Part shown: one piece after another, positions 1 through 11,997 of the stretch
How positions within the stretch are numbered: the first letter of the stretch is position 1
Layout of the letters: the number at the start of each line of letters is the position of its first letter
Assembly (NCBI RefSeq): GCF_004010195.1
Contig: NC_057755.1
Location: 4,364,072 to 4,400,167 of the forward strand
DNA from: Chiloscyllium plagiosum
Taxonomy: Eukaryota
Reading direction: 5' to 3'
DNA length: 36,096 bases
Translations under genes and position numbers: made by a program
Notes under the pieces: model-generated
Databases searched by the model: none
What the model saw: the letters and a program-made list of their open reading frames with translations, nothing else
What the model was told of the DNA's origin: nothing

Positions 1-841
1 TGATTTGAATGGCCTGATGTTCTGTTGCACTCTTCGGAATTCCCAATGTGCTCGTATAATGTTAAAGCATGCAAGGCTGTGGGCCAAGTGCTGGAAAATG
101 GGACTAGAATAGGATGTGATTACTAGGGTGCTGATGGCCAAGTGGTATTATTGTTGTTCCGTTCGTCTCTAGTCCCAGATAGCGTTTTGAGGATGATGTT
201 AAAACAAGGCTTGGACAGATGGTGTTTGAACTGAACTGTTGAGGCAGAGTCTGGACTCAATGTCACAGACTTCCCAGGCCAAGCTACAGCTGTGTCTGTC
301 CCCTCAGGTAGTCGTGTATGGTCCATGGGATCCTGCAGGAGGACAGAAATTCCGGGCCAGAATTCAGAGGTTACATTCCCATCTCAGCTAACACCAGCCA
401 CTGATGTGTCCCACGACCTCCACGAACAGCTCGATGGAAGATTGTAACGAGCCTGCGCAATCCACCCCCTCACATTCCCAATGGGCACAGTCAATGGTCT
501 GGCCATTTAGCACGTTGAAGATGGAGGCTGTGATAATTAACTAATGAACCGTTTATCGTTTCATATGATATGCTACGGTGCTCCTGCACCTCACACTGTG
601 GCTGTGCAGTGATCACCAGAGGATGATTAAAGCATTGAATTAGCTGCTTCTGTACCTGATAGTGGCCAAGCCTATCGCTGCAGATGGAGACAGGGAATCC
701 TGGCTGTTGGTGGGAGGTGAGGATGTCTTTCAAAGGGAATGTGAGCAAGGAGAATGCTGGAGAAATCCCAGGCCTGTCTGGCAGCGTCCGAGGAGTGAAA
801 GAAACACTGCTCACATTTCCAGTCCCATTCCTGACGACATT

Positions 842-950
842 CTGAAGAAGAGTGAGAACAGACTGGAAACGTGAACTCTGTTTCTCTCTCTGTCTCTGCA
901 CAGATGCTGCCAGGCCTGCTGAGTCACTCCATCAGTGTCTGCTTCAGATT
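842..950 (+). mobile_element. Penelope-like element terminal-repeat remnant with degenerate hammerhead motif
   Basis: CTGAAGA...GAAACGTGAACTCTG followed by cacagatgctgccaggcctgctgag; the same tail recurs at several other sites in the window. Confidence 0.55.
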
Positions 951-3582
951 GTCAGCACCAAAGGATTTAGCCTTTAGTCTGTTGAGGTAAGCAAGGTATT
1001 AGTGGGAGGAGGAGGTAGACTGGGCAAAGAATAAAGCCATTCAACAGCTTCATGTCTGAATTCTGCTGCTCCACCTGTGTTTGTCCAGGCTTCATTACAT
1101 CACGTGTCTGCTTTGCTCACCTATCCCCCCAACCCTGGTTTCTCCGCAATGTCTTGCTGTCGGAAACACTTATGGGGATCTGTTCCCCTCAGGATCTGGA
1201 GTCATGCACGTGATGTGAATTGTCACAGGCCAGCATGCTTTCAAAGGCAAATTCCATCCTGAATTACATCCCATTCCATGGTGCCTTATTGTATATTCCA
1301 GATTCTTCATTTGTTAATTGGGTGTGAGTGACGCATTCCAATGATCATCGTCTGTTCGTAATCACAAATGAGAGGGCAGCTGAGAAACAGCGACACGTCA
1401 CTCTGGTTCTGGAGTCACATAGCGCTATTCACAAAGAGTCACATAAAGTGATATTCCGGAACCAGATGGATATTTAGGAAAATTGAGAATTGGCACAGCT
1501 GCATAATTATTACATTTTTTCTTTCCATTTCACACTTCACCATCTGTTATGGTGGGAATGTTCTCTTGTGTTTCTGGATGATTATTGCAGTGAAATTCCC
1601 ATCTTCCCTCCACCACCATTCTCCAAAGTGATGTAGTTTGACCGTCGAGAGAAAAGTCTAAAGGGAGAATAAAGAACTGGGCAAGGGAATCTAAACTTTT
1701 AGGCAATTCGCATTTTGTTTGTACAAGTTATTAGGTTGGATTTAAGTGAAATCTACAGGTAAATGTGTGAAATTTCCACATTACAGGAACGTTAGACAAG
1801 ATCTACCGAGGGAGCAATCCAAGAAGCAGCTGAACATGGCTACGCCACAACTGAGTCAGATCGATTCCTTCTGGTTGGAGCATATGAATCTTGTCAAACG
1901 AGAACAACTCACCACTTGGGTTGGTCTTACACTTGAATATCTGTTGCAATCTTTATATTAAGCCAGTGATGAACTTTAAGTTCAAGAAAGATGTGAAAAC
2001 ATTTAAATCTAAACCTAACTAGAGAAAATAGAAGCAGTTAATTGGAGCACATTAAGGCCAGCAGCAATGAGTATGTGTCACAGCTGCAGTATGTGAACAT
2101 TAGGCTAAAATACAGACAATGTCTTGGGGAGGGGAATGTTCGTTGGATTATTTGCAGCAGAAGGCTGTCACACCTTTTACGGTTCGACTTAGTGATTTGG
2201 TCAGTGTTCAGTGTGATTGTCAGACAGGTATACATAGGGAGCCAGACAGCAGAGATACAGGAGCCTCATCTGTGGCAAGGGTGGTACCAGAATGAACAGA
2301 AAACCAGTCAAGTGGGAGAACACCAAAAGTAATGGAATTGTAGGAGGGGGCTCACAGGAATCGACACCTTTCTCTGCAGTAATGAACGTGAGTCCAGGAG
2401 ACTGTGTTCCATTCCTGTCCTGAGGTTCAGGTCCCAAGGTCAGGGCTGTCGACAAGTTCACAATGGGATGGGCATGAGGCAATCTTACTAATCCACGTAC
2501 TTACAGACAACACATACCAGGCAAGGAACAATGTTCTGCCAACACACTTTCAGGAGCTCGGTGTCCAATTTAGAAGCTAAACCTCTGGATTAATATCTCT
2601 CCCAAGTGTTAGTTGGCACAGGGCCATTCAGGTTAGGCTGGAACATTGGTGGCTCAGAGATGAGTGTGAGAGAAATGGGATGTGGTTCTCTCATCACAGA
2701 TACTGCCAGACCAGCTGAGGTTAGATTTCAGTTTTTCAATAAAAGCACTTTTTCTTCATACATTTCCTGTTATTTTTCCTCGCTGTGTAATTTGTGATTA
2801 TAAAGATCCGAAACGGTTGCTGTTATGCTCTTCATCTGATCGTGTCACATTAAAAGATGGATGCACATGAATACCATGGTGACTCTATTCCTATTCGCAT
2901 TGAAACCGCTGCCGTTCTGTAGATCTCTGGATGGACAGTGTCAGTAAGAGTGAGGTCTGTGATCTCTCCATTGTTGGAAGCCCATCTTATTCACTGATTC
3001 CCCTTCACTCAGGAAAGACAGTGCGTTCTCCTCACTCGGTCCTTCATGTGACTCCAGATCCTGGGAAATAGCGAATGGGGAATAAATGCTGACCTCAGCA
3101 GCAAACACACATTCAGAGAGTGAGAAGATTCCCATATCAATCAGTGAGTAGAATGTTCTTGTTTAAAGAGGGCAGCTCCTACCCTGGAGTGCAGAAGGAC
3201 AGCTCTGTGACATGTTTTCACACTAAAATAAATTGTCCCGATGCAATATCAAACGAAATATTCTGTGATCTCGGGATGGGGCCAATGGTGTTTGAGTAGA
3301 AAGCGTTATTGCTGGCAGATTCCGGATTCTGTTTTTGTTATTTCTTTATGATGCACTGTGCAGCAACACTCCTTCATAATTGGGATTAAACTTGTTATTG
3401 TAATTAGTTTGTTCATTGACAGAATTTGAAAAACAGCAAGAAAGCTGAGTAATGCTGCGACCTCGATCTCCCCAAGGAGCTTCCACACTGTATAAGGTAG
3501 CGTCTCTGGGAATAATCCGCTCAGAGTTTCAAACAAGGAGGTTGTCAGCTGCCTCGAGGGGCACATCACCTCACATGGAGAA

Positions 3583-3649
3583 ATGCTTCGGCGAATTCAA
3601 CACGTTGAGAGGGTGTTCATTACCATCCTTGCTTTTATTGGTGCTCTTG
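3583..3649 (+). CDS. Putative first coding exon of a shark-type GPR139/GPR142-like class A GPCR
   Basis: ATG 3583 reads MLRRIQHVERVFITILAFIGAL, then G|gtatag (phase-1 donor). It resembles the short N-terminus plus first half of TM1 of this family. The phase fits the ag|TA AAT (V-N) start of the exon-2 copies at 23047 and 28681. Confidence 0.6.
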
Positions 3650-4059
3650 GTATAGCATTATGAGAATTAAATGTTCATTGGACCCAAAATATTAACTCTG
3701 CTTTCTCTCCCACGGATGATGCCAGTCCTGCTGAGTTATCTCTGTCTTTGTCTTTGGGCTAAAGAGAGAAGGACCGAAAGACTGAACGGTTTTGTCCAAT
3801 CCCTTGTCATGTAGAACCTGAGATATTAGGAGAAGGACATTAACCTGGCCAGTGGTGCTCTAAAACACCCACTCCTCATTACTAACGCGAAATTTGTGAG
3901 AGTACATCAGAAAATATTGTAAACTGCCGGAAGTGCATTAAAATCATCCTCGTCGCCTTATGAAATCGTTTTTTGAGGTGTCTGAATATTATTGTAGTGG
4001 CTATATTTGGGTGCTCTGGATTTAAATAACCTATTCCCCTCAATTAGATTTCAGTTTAT

Positions 4060-4190
4060 AGTTGTTCTGGAAAAAAATACAACAGCTGAGGCAGCATTGA
4101 GGAACAGGAAAATCAACGTTGTGGGCAAAAGCCCTTCATCAGGAATGAGGCTGGGAGCTTCGGGGGTGGAGAGATAAATGGGGAGAAACT
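4060..4190 (-). mobile_element. Penelope-like terminal-repeat fragment with mutated hammerhead
   Basis: Minus strand reads cattcCTGATGAagggcttttgcccACAAcgttga (GAAA mutated); similar to 26651-26690 and 12510-12540. Confidence 0.6.
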
Positions 4191-6439
4191 GAGGGAAGAT
4201 AAAATTTGTAAATTAGCAGCACATCGACAGTGAGAGGAATCTCAGTTAAACACAGTTGGCACAAGCAGAAGTTAAGTACCTATCCATGCTAAAATACACT
4301 CATTATTAAAGACAGTGGAAGGGAGGCAATGGCAATGTGATAAGGATCTGTAGAGGTGAGACAGAGCAATGGATGGACATAGATTCAGGCCAACAGTAAG
4401 AAGCTATCGCAGTCACAGAGACATGGAACGTTACACATGGAACAGACTATTCAAAAAAAAATGACATTGGTGATGATAGCTCAAAAAGCTCTGAAATAAT
4501 TTCACTTCTGAAAAATATCCTGCTAAGTTTCAGGTGGAGCCTGCAACTGGAAAGCTATCGGAACTCTGATGTCAGAGAAAACCCTTCAATTGGAGGAAAT
4601 ACCCAGGATGGAGTAATGTCTCTGTGCCATTGTCACTGTGTGATCACATCACCCACAGGAACACAGAGCATCTGGATCTGTGCAAACTAGAGATCCCCCA
4701 GACACTGGGAAGGATTTCAGGGTTCCTGACAGGGGACTCAGAAGATTTACTAGCAAGGTTTGGGGAATGACAGATTGCAGTCATGAGGTTAGGTTATAGA
4801 AATCGGCATTGAGGGGAGATTTGACAGAGGGGGAGCAGTAGTTTATGATTGATTGACAAAAGGTAAATAAAGTGAAGCTGTTTCCATTAGCTGACCATAA
4901 AAGGATCAGAGGAGAGTTACTTCAGTTTGGGCATGTTCCACAGTGAGAATGCGAGAAACATATTTTATGCAGCGAATGGTCATGACCTTGGACTCAATGC
5001 TGACCCACAACCGCCAATAATGCTGCGATCCTGATACATTGATGGGAAACATGTGTAAAAAGCAAATTGGTCTGATCAATGATGGAATCTGAATTGAATC
5101 AAGACTAGCATTGATCTGACAGAATTAATGTGAAATTCTCCCAATGGACGTGGACCAGATGATTCCAAGACAGAAAGCACAGCATCTTTCCACAAATTAC
5201 TGTTTAATTCTAGAAAAATCTTTCGCTGATTCTGGAAATCTTTCCATCGACTCACGTTGTGAGACATTGCCGATGTATAAAGGTCTAATTCACAGAAGGA
5301 CATCGCTGGGAATACTCAACATATCAGGCAGGTGGGAATACACACAGTGAACATTTCAGCTCAACGAAATTTCATCAACATCTTCTTGAAGTGGGATAAG
5401 TAGGTGATATATACAAAAAGTAAATGATCTGGAGCCATGATATAAGCGTGCAAACTAGAATCGAAATCGCACAGTACAGGAAGTGGTTGACGTCTGGGGA
5501 GACACACATTGGATTAAAGTTTTGAGTTCAAAGTCACTGAGAGTCAGCTGAACTTGAAACGATAAACCTGCTTCTCTGTTCAGAGAGTGTATGCTCGATT
5601 TAGGAGGATAGACGAAAACAATGGGAAGACTTTAAGAATCGGAGATGGAGAGAAATCCGTTGTTGAGCCCACTGAATTGTTAACATTTAGTGCGGAATGC
5701 TCTGTAATTCGGGAAATTGCAATCAGATCGTGTGGCTTTTATGTGTTAAAGAGCGCCTGGTTAATAAATCTGCACACCATTACAATTCCTACTAATCTTC
5801 CACAAACATATTCCAGCCCAAATAGATATCCGTTTCTTGGAAACATTAGAATCTTTCAATTTGTGGATAATGATCAAAGGAAAGTTTTAACTGCAAACAA
5901 AAGTTTGAGATGAATTCTGTGTTATGATCCGGCTTGTATTTTCCTGATCTGCTCTTGACCCTGGTGAGCACTGTGATGCTGTTTAGGGGAGAACACAGTC
6001 TCTTCAGAACTTTCCCTGATCTCCATGGCAGTGACAGATCTCCTGATCAAGTCAACAACCATAACACTATCTGATTTCCAGTCTATCATTTCTATAAGGC
6101 TGCTGAACACCATTCCTGCAAATACATTTACTTCTGTCTTCAGTTATTTAGGAACTGGTAGTTCCAGCTGGTTGATGGTCATTTGGTCCGTATCGCTCAA
6201 TTCCTTGCACATCCATATGCTTGTAGGGCTAACTACCTCCCCTGAGATTACGTTCCAGACACCTACCACTCTCTGTGGCAAAAACACCTTGCCCCCACAT
6301 TTGTTTGAACTTTCCTATTTTCATCTTGAATGTTTGCTTCATTGTTTAAGAAATTTCAATTCTGGGGAAGACATTCTGACTGTTAACTCCATTTCTGTGT
6401 CTCACAATTTTATAGACTTCACCGAAGTCTCCACTCAGC

Positions 6440-6493
6440 NNNNNNNNNNNNNNNNNNNNNNNNNNNNNNNNNNNNNNNNNNNNNNNNNNNNNN
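6440..6493. other. Assembly gap (54 N)
   Basis: Run of N. Confidence 1.
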
Positions 6494-7614
6494 TCCACAC
6501 AGCTCCTTCATTTACAAACTTGACCTCAAAACATTACGCATTCCAATGTCCCAGACCTGCAGCGTCGCCATGACAACCACCATGCTGTACTGTCCCCACA
6601 TCAAAACCGGGAGAGTGAAGGTGACTCGCACTTCCACAGTATCCCTTGTATCCATCCCCCTCTAATGTAGTGTCTTTCCCACCCATTCCACAATTGCTGT
6701 CCACTCTGCCTACAGGCAGGCTGTCCCCACTGCCCAGAACTGGCTTCCCCAACTTCACTGCTACTGCAGGGTCCCCCGAAGCCCGCCCTGAGAATTTCAT
6801 CGAACTGATCCCCAATGACAGGAACGGACAGGGTCAGCATGGATTGGTGAACGGGAATTTAGAATCGAAAATTCTACCGGAGCATTTTGGGGATATAATA
6901 AGTAGTTTGTGTGGCCACCCCTCTGCTCTGCAGTGAATCCCTGATCTTGATTGTCCCAAACAATGTCAAAATCGTTAGACATGCTGTGCCAGTATCTCCA
7001 GACTGAATACTGTCTCCCTTACCCTGACTGAGAACTGGTTTCCTGAGGCTTTGAGACGTGCCCATTTGGTTGAAGTACATGCAGAGTGTTTGCTGCTTTA
7101 GCTGCTATTCCAAGTGCCTGACAGTCCAGCCCCTTGACTGATCACCACTAACAACAATGATAAGCTGCCTGGCGTATGTCTGCGATAAGCAACCAGGCAA
7201 GACAGGAGCACGGTGAAACATTAGGTTCTGGTTGAGCCATCAAATTTCAAAAAAGCTAAGGAAAGGCAGAGATGTTGTGCCAGTCCCTGGGCAGGGCATG
7301 TCTCAGGCACTGGAAAGGTTGCAACGTTTTTGGAGTAATAATATTCTTTGTGGGCAGATGCAGTGCTTTTATTTATCTCTGGCACATTGCACCCGCTCTG
7401 CAAGTGCCTATTGGACTTTTTAATGTGAGAATTGGCTCTCTGAATAATATGCCCCTGACTTGATCATTCGTGATGCCATACCCAATTGTCTTCTACGTCA
7501 GTGAATATGTAATCTGATTCAAACCACAGGCCTTTGAACTGAGAAAATAAAGCCTTCATAAACACACCTATTGATTCCAGTTGCTCTTGCACTCTGGTGA
7601 AAAACATTATTCAG

Positions 7615-8022
7615 TATTTACTAGGAATTTGTCGCGGTTGGATCATTTGAGCTATAGGGAGAGGCTGAATAGGCTGGGATTGTTTACTCTGGAGAGTCAG
7701 AGGCTGAGGGGTGACCTTCTAGAGATGTATAAAGTCATGACGGACATGATTAGGGTAAATAGACAAGACCTTTTCACTGGAGTGGGGTAGTTCAGAACTC
7801 GAGGGCAGAGGTTTAGGGTTAGAGGGGCAATGTTTGTGCATAGAGGATGAGCTTCCTGAGGAAGTGTTGGAGGCTGGTATAACATTTAAAAGGCATCTGG
7901 ATGGGTATATGAACAGGAAGGGTTCAGAGAGATATGGGTCAAGTTCTGGAAAACGGGATCACATGAGGTTAAAATACTTGGTCATCATGAACGAGTTGGA
8001 CTGAAAGGTCTGTTACCGTGCT
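7615..8022 (+). mobile_element. CR1-type LINE 3' fragment
   Basis: Translates to LSYRERLNRLGLFTLESQRLRGDLLEMYKVM (CR1 ORF2 C-terminus), followed by a typical CR1 3' end. Confidence 0.85.
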
Positions 8023-8042
8023 TTAACTGAATGTGCCATAGA

Positions 8043-8328
8043 GGGGCAGCACAGTGGTTTACACTGCTGTCTCCGAACACCAGGGAGCTGGGCTCGATTC
8101 TGTCCTTGGATGGCTGTCTCTGTGGAGTTAGCACATTCTTCTTGTGTATGTGTGGGTTTCCTTTCACATTCCAAAAGATGCGCAGGTCAGGTGAATTGGC
8201 AATGCGAAATTGCCCAAATTGTTAGGTACGTTATTCACAGGTAAAGTAGGGAAATGAATAGGGGTGGGTCAATCTTCAGGTGGACTTGCTGAGCCAAAGG
8301 GCCTGTTTCCACTCTTCAGGGAATCTAT
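8043..8328 (+). mobile_element. tRNA-derived V-SINE (HE1-like)
   Basis: tRNA-like head (ggcagcacagtggtt...gggctcgattc), central tgtggagttagcacattct...tgtgggtttcc domain and a LINE-like tail; decayed. Boundaries approximate. Confidence 0.75.
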
Positions 8329-9098
8329 TTTTTTTAAATCAGATCCTTTCCTGCTTCACAGTGTTCTCAAAATATCTAATTCAATACATCCGAATCATCC
8401 TCCTCCTCATCAAAATGAAAACTGTTGCATACTTCAATAGCTTTATCTTCTTCATTTCTTTTCTGAAATGCCGTTTGACATGAGGTAGAGCTGATGAAAA
8501 ATTTGTGTTTTTTCTATTGTTCGGAAAATGCACTAGGGATGAAGTGATAACATTGAGAGTCAGTACTGAACGTACAGTAAGAGACAGATAAATTAGATTC
8601 GAGGACAAGTTGCCTTGATCAAACAAAAGCGCATGTACTCTTTCTTATGCATAGATTCGGTTCACGAGAAATTAGGGAAACATCCAGAAAAGTGATCAAA
8701 TAAAACTGGTTTTCGAATATTTGAATGGGGAGTGCATCATTCCCAGAAATGTTGCAATACTAGGACTTTGCACCAAGTTGATATAGCAAGCTGCTAATCC
8801 ATCTCCAACACAGGGGGTGCGATTTTAGTTTGGGGGAGTTGAAAGAGACTGTCCCACAGTCTTGCCCCTCCATGTTGCTCAGACTGGGAGGCTCTCAGGT
8901 GAACTTATGTGCATCATTGAAGCAACAATTGGAACATAAGGCAGTTATTGGGATAGAAGACGCGTGAAGAGCTTGGAGTGGAATGCAGGGAATTGGATAA
9001 GGGAATCGGACTGCAGACAGGTACAATGGACCAATTGGCCGCTTCTGTGCCACAACATTCTATCATTCTGTGATCTCTTCCTCTCTCTCTTGAACCAG

Positions 9099-9217
9099 GT
9101 CTGCCTTTCTGCTGTGGAAAAGACGATGGGACCAGCAGACTAAGCACGTGTGCAGAGAATGAGTTCGAAACTAATGGGAAGTTTCTCCTGTTCTTCAAGT
9201 TTTGCAAGAGCTTGTGA
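9099..9217 (+). CDS. Beta-defensin-like mature-peptide exon, Cys-altered paralog (possibly a pseudogene)
   Basis: Polypyrimidine tract plus ccag| acceptor, phase 1. Reads (G)LPFCCGKDDGTSRLSTCAENEFETNGKFLLFFKFCKSL*, with ATTAAA at 9333-9338. Paralog of 13636-13754; C2, C4 and C5 are lost and one new Cys is gained. Confidence 0.65.
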
Positions 9218-9609
9218 GTTCCAACTGGGGAAGCATGGCCAAAGCGAAGCTCTGCTTGGTGCTAAACGCTGTCACTCTTCAGTTGTGTCAGCGGCAATGA
9301 GTGACAAGCCCACTCTTCATGCATTGACTTGAATTAAACTCACTGCATTCATGATCACTTCTGTTCTGTGTTCATTTCTCATGGAGAGAACACCATCCCG
9401 TCTTTATTTTGGAAGAATGTCCATCTGGTCCAAGATTCTCTCACATGCAGAAACAACTTCTCCCCACCTATCCTGTCGTGTCCCCTAAGAATCTTGCATG
9501 ATTCAATTAGGTACTAACTCAGTTTTCTAAACTCTGATGGGTACAGGTCCAGCCCTACTCAACCAATCCTCATCAGACATTCCCTCCATTCCTGGGATCA
9601 GTCTGATGA

Positions 9610-10470
9610 CCATCATAAGTTGGAAGGAAGGGGTGTTCACCAATGACTGCACAATGTTGAGCACCATTTGCAAATTCACAGATACTGAAATAATTTATGT
9701 TCAAATGCAATAACATCTGAAAACCATCCAGGCTCGGGCAGTGATACTTGCTCGTCATTACCATACAATGACCATCTCAAATAAGAGACAATGTAACCAA
9801 CTCCACATGAAACTTGATGGTGCAATCTTCATTGAATCCACCACTATCAACATCCTCGGACTTATCATTGACCAGAAACTCAAGTGAACTCACCAATAAA
9901 CCATGTGGTTACAAGAGCAGGTCAGAGGCTAAGAAAACTGTGGCAAGTAACGCCCAAAGTCTGTTCACAAAGTAGAAGGCACAAGTCAGGAATGTGTTGA
10001 GATATTCTCCATTTGCCGGAGTGAGTGCAGTTGCAGCAACACTCAAGAAGCTCGACAAGATCCAGGTCAAAGCAGACCACTTGACATCCACAAACATCCA
10101 CTCACTCTGTCACTGACACTCAGTAGCAGCAGTGTGTAATAGCTGCAAGATAGCACTGCAGAAATTCACCAAATATCCTTAGACAGGATCTGCCAATACG
10201 CTTTCATTGTGGAGGACAAGGATAATTGCGAAATTGGAACACTACCACTTGCAAGTTTACTATGAAGCCATTCAGCATCCTGGTTTGGAAATATATAGTC
10301 TTTTCTTCACTGTTGCTGGGTGAAAACAGAGATGTTCCCTCCCTTAAGACATTTTGCATCTACCTACAGCACATGGAATGTGACGACTCAAGAAAGCAAC
10401 TCAGCAAAACATTCCCAAGTCACCCAGGAACAGGCAATATATGCTGGGCCCAGTCAGCAATGCTCATGTC
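9610..10470 (+). mobile_element. Decayed non-LTR retrotransposon (CR1-group), RT C-terminus and 3' region
   Basis: Degenerate RT catalytic motif (GVFTNDCTML, cf. F/YADD) and an INILGLIIDQKL thumb-region motif, with many stops. Boundaries approximate. Confidence 0.75.
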
Positions 10471-10813
10471 GCATGAGTGAATTAAATGCGAACTTCCCTC
10501 CCTGGCAGTGCATTCCAGATCTCTGCTGTCTTCATTGCACCCCATGCTCCCAGTAAAACAATTCTTCCTTCAATCCATTCTAAATCTCTCACCTATCACT
10601 TTGACACGGTGGCCCTATGTTACTGAACCTTCGATTAAGGAAATGGATGCTCGCTATTCACCCTGTGCACACACCTCAGAATCTTCCAGACATTTACCAG
10701 CTGTCCCCTCGACCTTCTTTGCTCTAATAATCTCCCTTCATCACTGAATTGCTCCCATCCAAGCTACATCTTGGCGAATGATCTCTGCATTTCCTCCAAT
10801 GCAGTCACAGTTT

Positions 10814-11034
10814 AAAATCTCACAACCCCGGGTTATCGTCCAACAGGTTTATTTGGAAGCACTAGCTTTCAGAGCGCTGCTCCTTCATCAGGTGCTTGTG
10901 GTGTAGGACCATAAGTGTACATACTTCACAACCACCTGAAGGAGGAGTGGCGCTCTAAAACCTGTTGGACTGTAATTGGCGTTGTGTTATTTTTAACGTT
11001 GTCCTCCCCAGTCCAACATCGGTTCCTCCACATC
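10814..11034. mobile_element. Hairpin element made of two inverted Penelope-like terminal repeats
   Basis: aaaatctcacaac...ccttcatcaggtgcttgtg is inverted-complementary to cacaaccacctgaagg...gttgtgttattttt. Copies at about 15351-15570, 16207-16357 (partial) and 35200-35421. Confidence 0.75.
10857..10897 (-). ncRNA. Minimal type-I hammerhead ribozyme motif
   Basis: Minus strand: AAGCAC-CUGAUGA-A-GGAGC-AGC-GCUCU-GAA-AGCU-A-GUGCUU. This gives a 6-bp stem I, a 5-bp stem II, a palindromic AGCU stem III and an intact core. Confidence 0.7.
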
Positions 11035-11049
11035 AAAATAGCCACATCC

Positions 11050-11360
11050 ATCGATAGTGTGGTCACCAGAACTTCACGCAGTTCTCCAGTTGTGATCTAA
11101 CCAATGTCCTGTAAATCTCCAAGGTAACGTCCCTGCTCTCATAATCAATGCCTTGACTGATAAAGACAAGCACAGCCTTTGCCTTCTTAATTATCTAATA
11201 GCGTATGGTTGCAACTTCAGGTTCTGTGGACAAACAACCCAAAATCTCTCTGTTCCACTGACATTCCTGGTCTCCTACCATTCATTGAGTACTCTCGAGT
11301 CATGTTACTTATTTCAATGTTCATGAAGCCACATTTATCAGGGTTAAATTCCATCCACCA
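11050..11360 (-). mobile_element. CR1 LINE ORF2 fragment (also at about 15590-15895, 16375-16680 and, on plus, 34880-35185)
   Basis: The paralogous copy translates as KKAKAMLVFISRGVDYESREVTLEIYRTLVRSQLENCVKF, typical of the CR1 post-RT region. Confidence 0.8.
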
Positions 11361-11997
11361 CTCTTTTTTTGGGTTGGTGGTTTGCCTTATTAACAGGGAG
11401 AGAGAGGATGTCAGAAAATGGCAGTGCCATCGCTTGGAAAGGTAATGGCCCAGGTTGGATTGTCATCCTTCCTGGGGATGGTTGTGTCCCACCAAAGGGT
11501 GGCAGCATCCGAGTGCTGCTGACCTGGGAAGTCTCCGAAATTGATTGCAGCCTCCACCTCATATCTTCAGCTCAAAGACACAAAAGGGAACATTCTATAA
11601 CGATTGAAGTCGACATTTCTCCGTCACCATCACATAATGTAGCCCTCAGGGTGATGAAGTGCACAGCGACACAGTTTCGAATGACCCAGCATCAATTACA
11701 GAGTCATGGAGGTCTGCAGAAAAAAAGGCCTTTTGGCCGATCAAACCACTGTCGATCAAACACAAATCTCTAACTGTTGTTCTTAATCAATCACAAGTTG
11801 TAGGCATTACTGGCTGGACCATCATTTATTGCTTCCCTTAATTTCCAAGACGGCAATTGTAATCAACCACATGGCCATGGGTTTGGATTCACATGGATTC
11901 TATATTTCCCTAAAGGAGAGCAGTGAACCAAATGGACATCTTTCCCAACAATCACCAAAAGTTTCGTGGTCACCATTAGATACTCCATTCCCAATAT

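Larger units (their letters stand above)
8099..11997 (+). repeat. Segmental duplication copy A (direct repeat of 12632-17321), truncated by a gap
   Basis: Collinear with copy B throughout, with scattered substitutions; paired ORFs in the track, e.g. 8914-9207 and 13451-13744. Confidence 0.97.

Noticed and set aside
2201..2270. MRLLYLCCLAPYVYL signal-peptide-like stretch on minus strand
   Set aside because: Weak hydrophobic core, no suitable donor and no downstream mature exon
3330..3360. RSS-like tgtttttgt...cactgtg
   Set aside because: Spacer is 15 nt, not 12 or 23, and there is no V/D/J segment nearby
5076..6118. ORFs 5076-5303, 5587-5913 and 5922-6113 with acceptor-like sites
   Set aside because: No recognisable domain or consistent exon chain
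6755..6792. HCYCRVP alpha-defensin-like start
   Set aside because: No further cysteines, a stop follows, and no splice context
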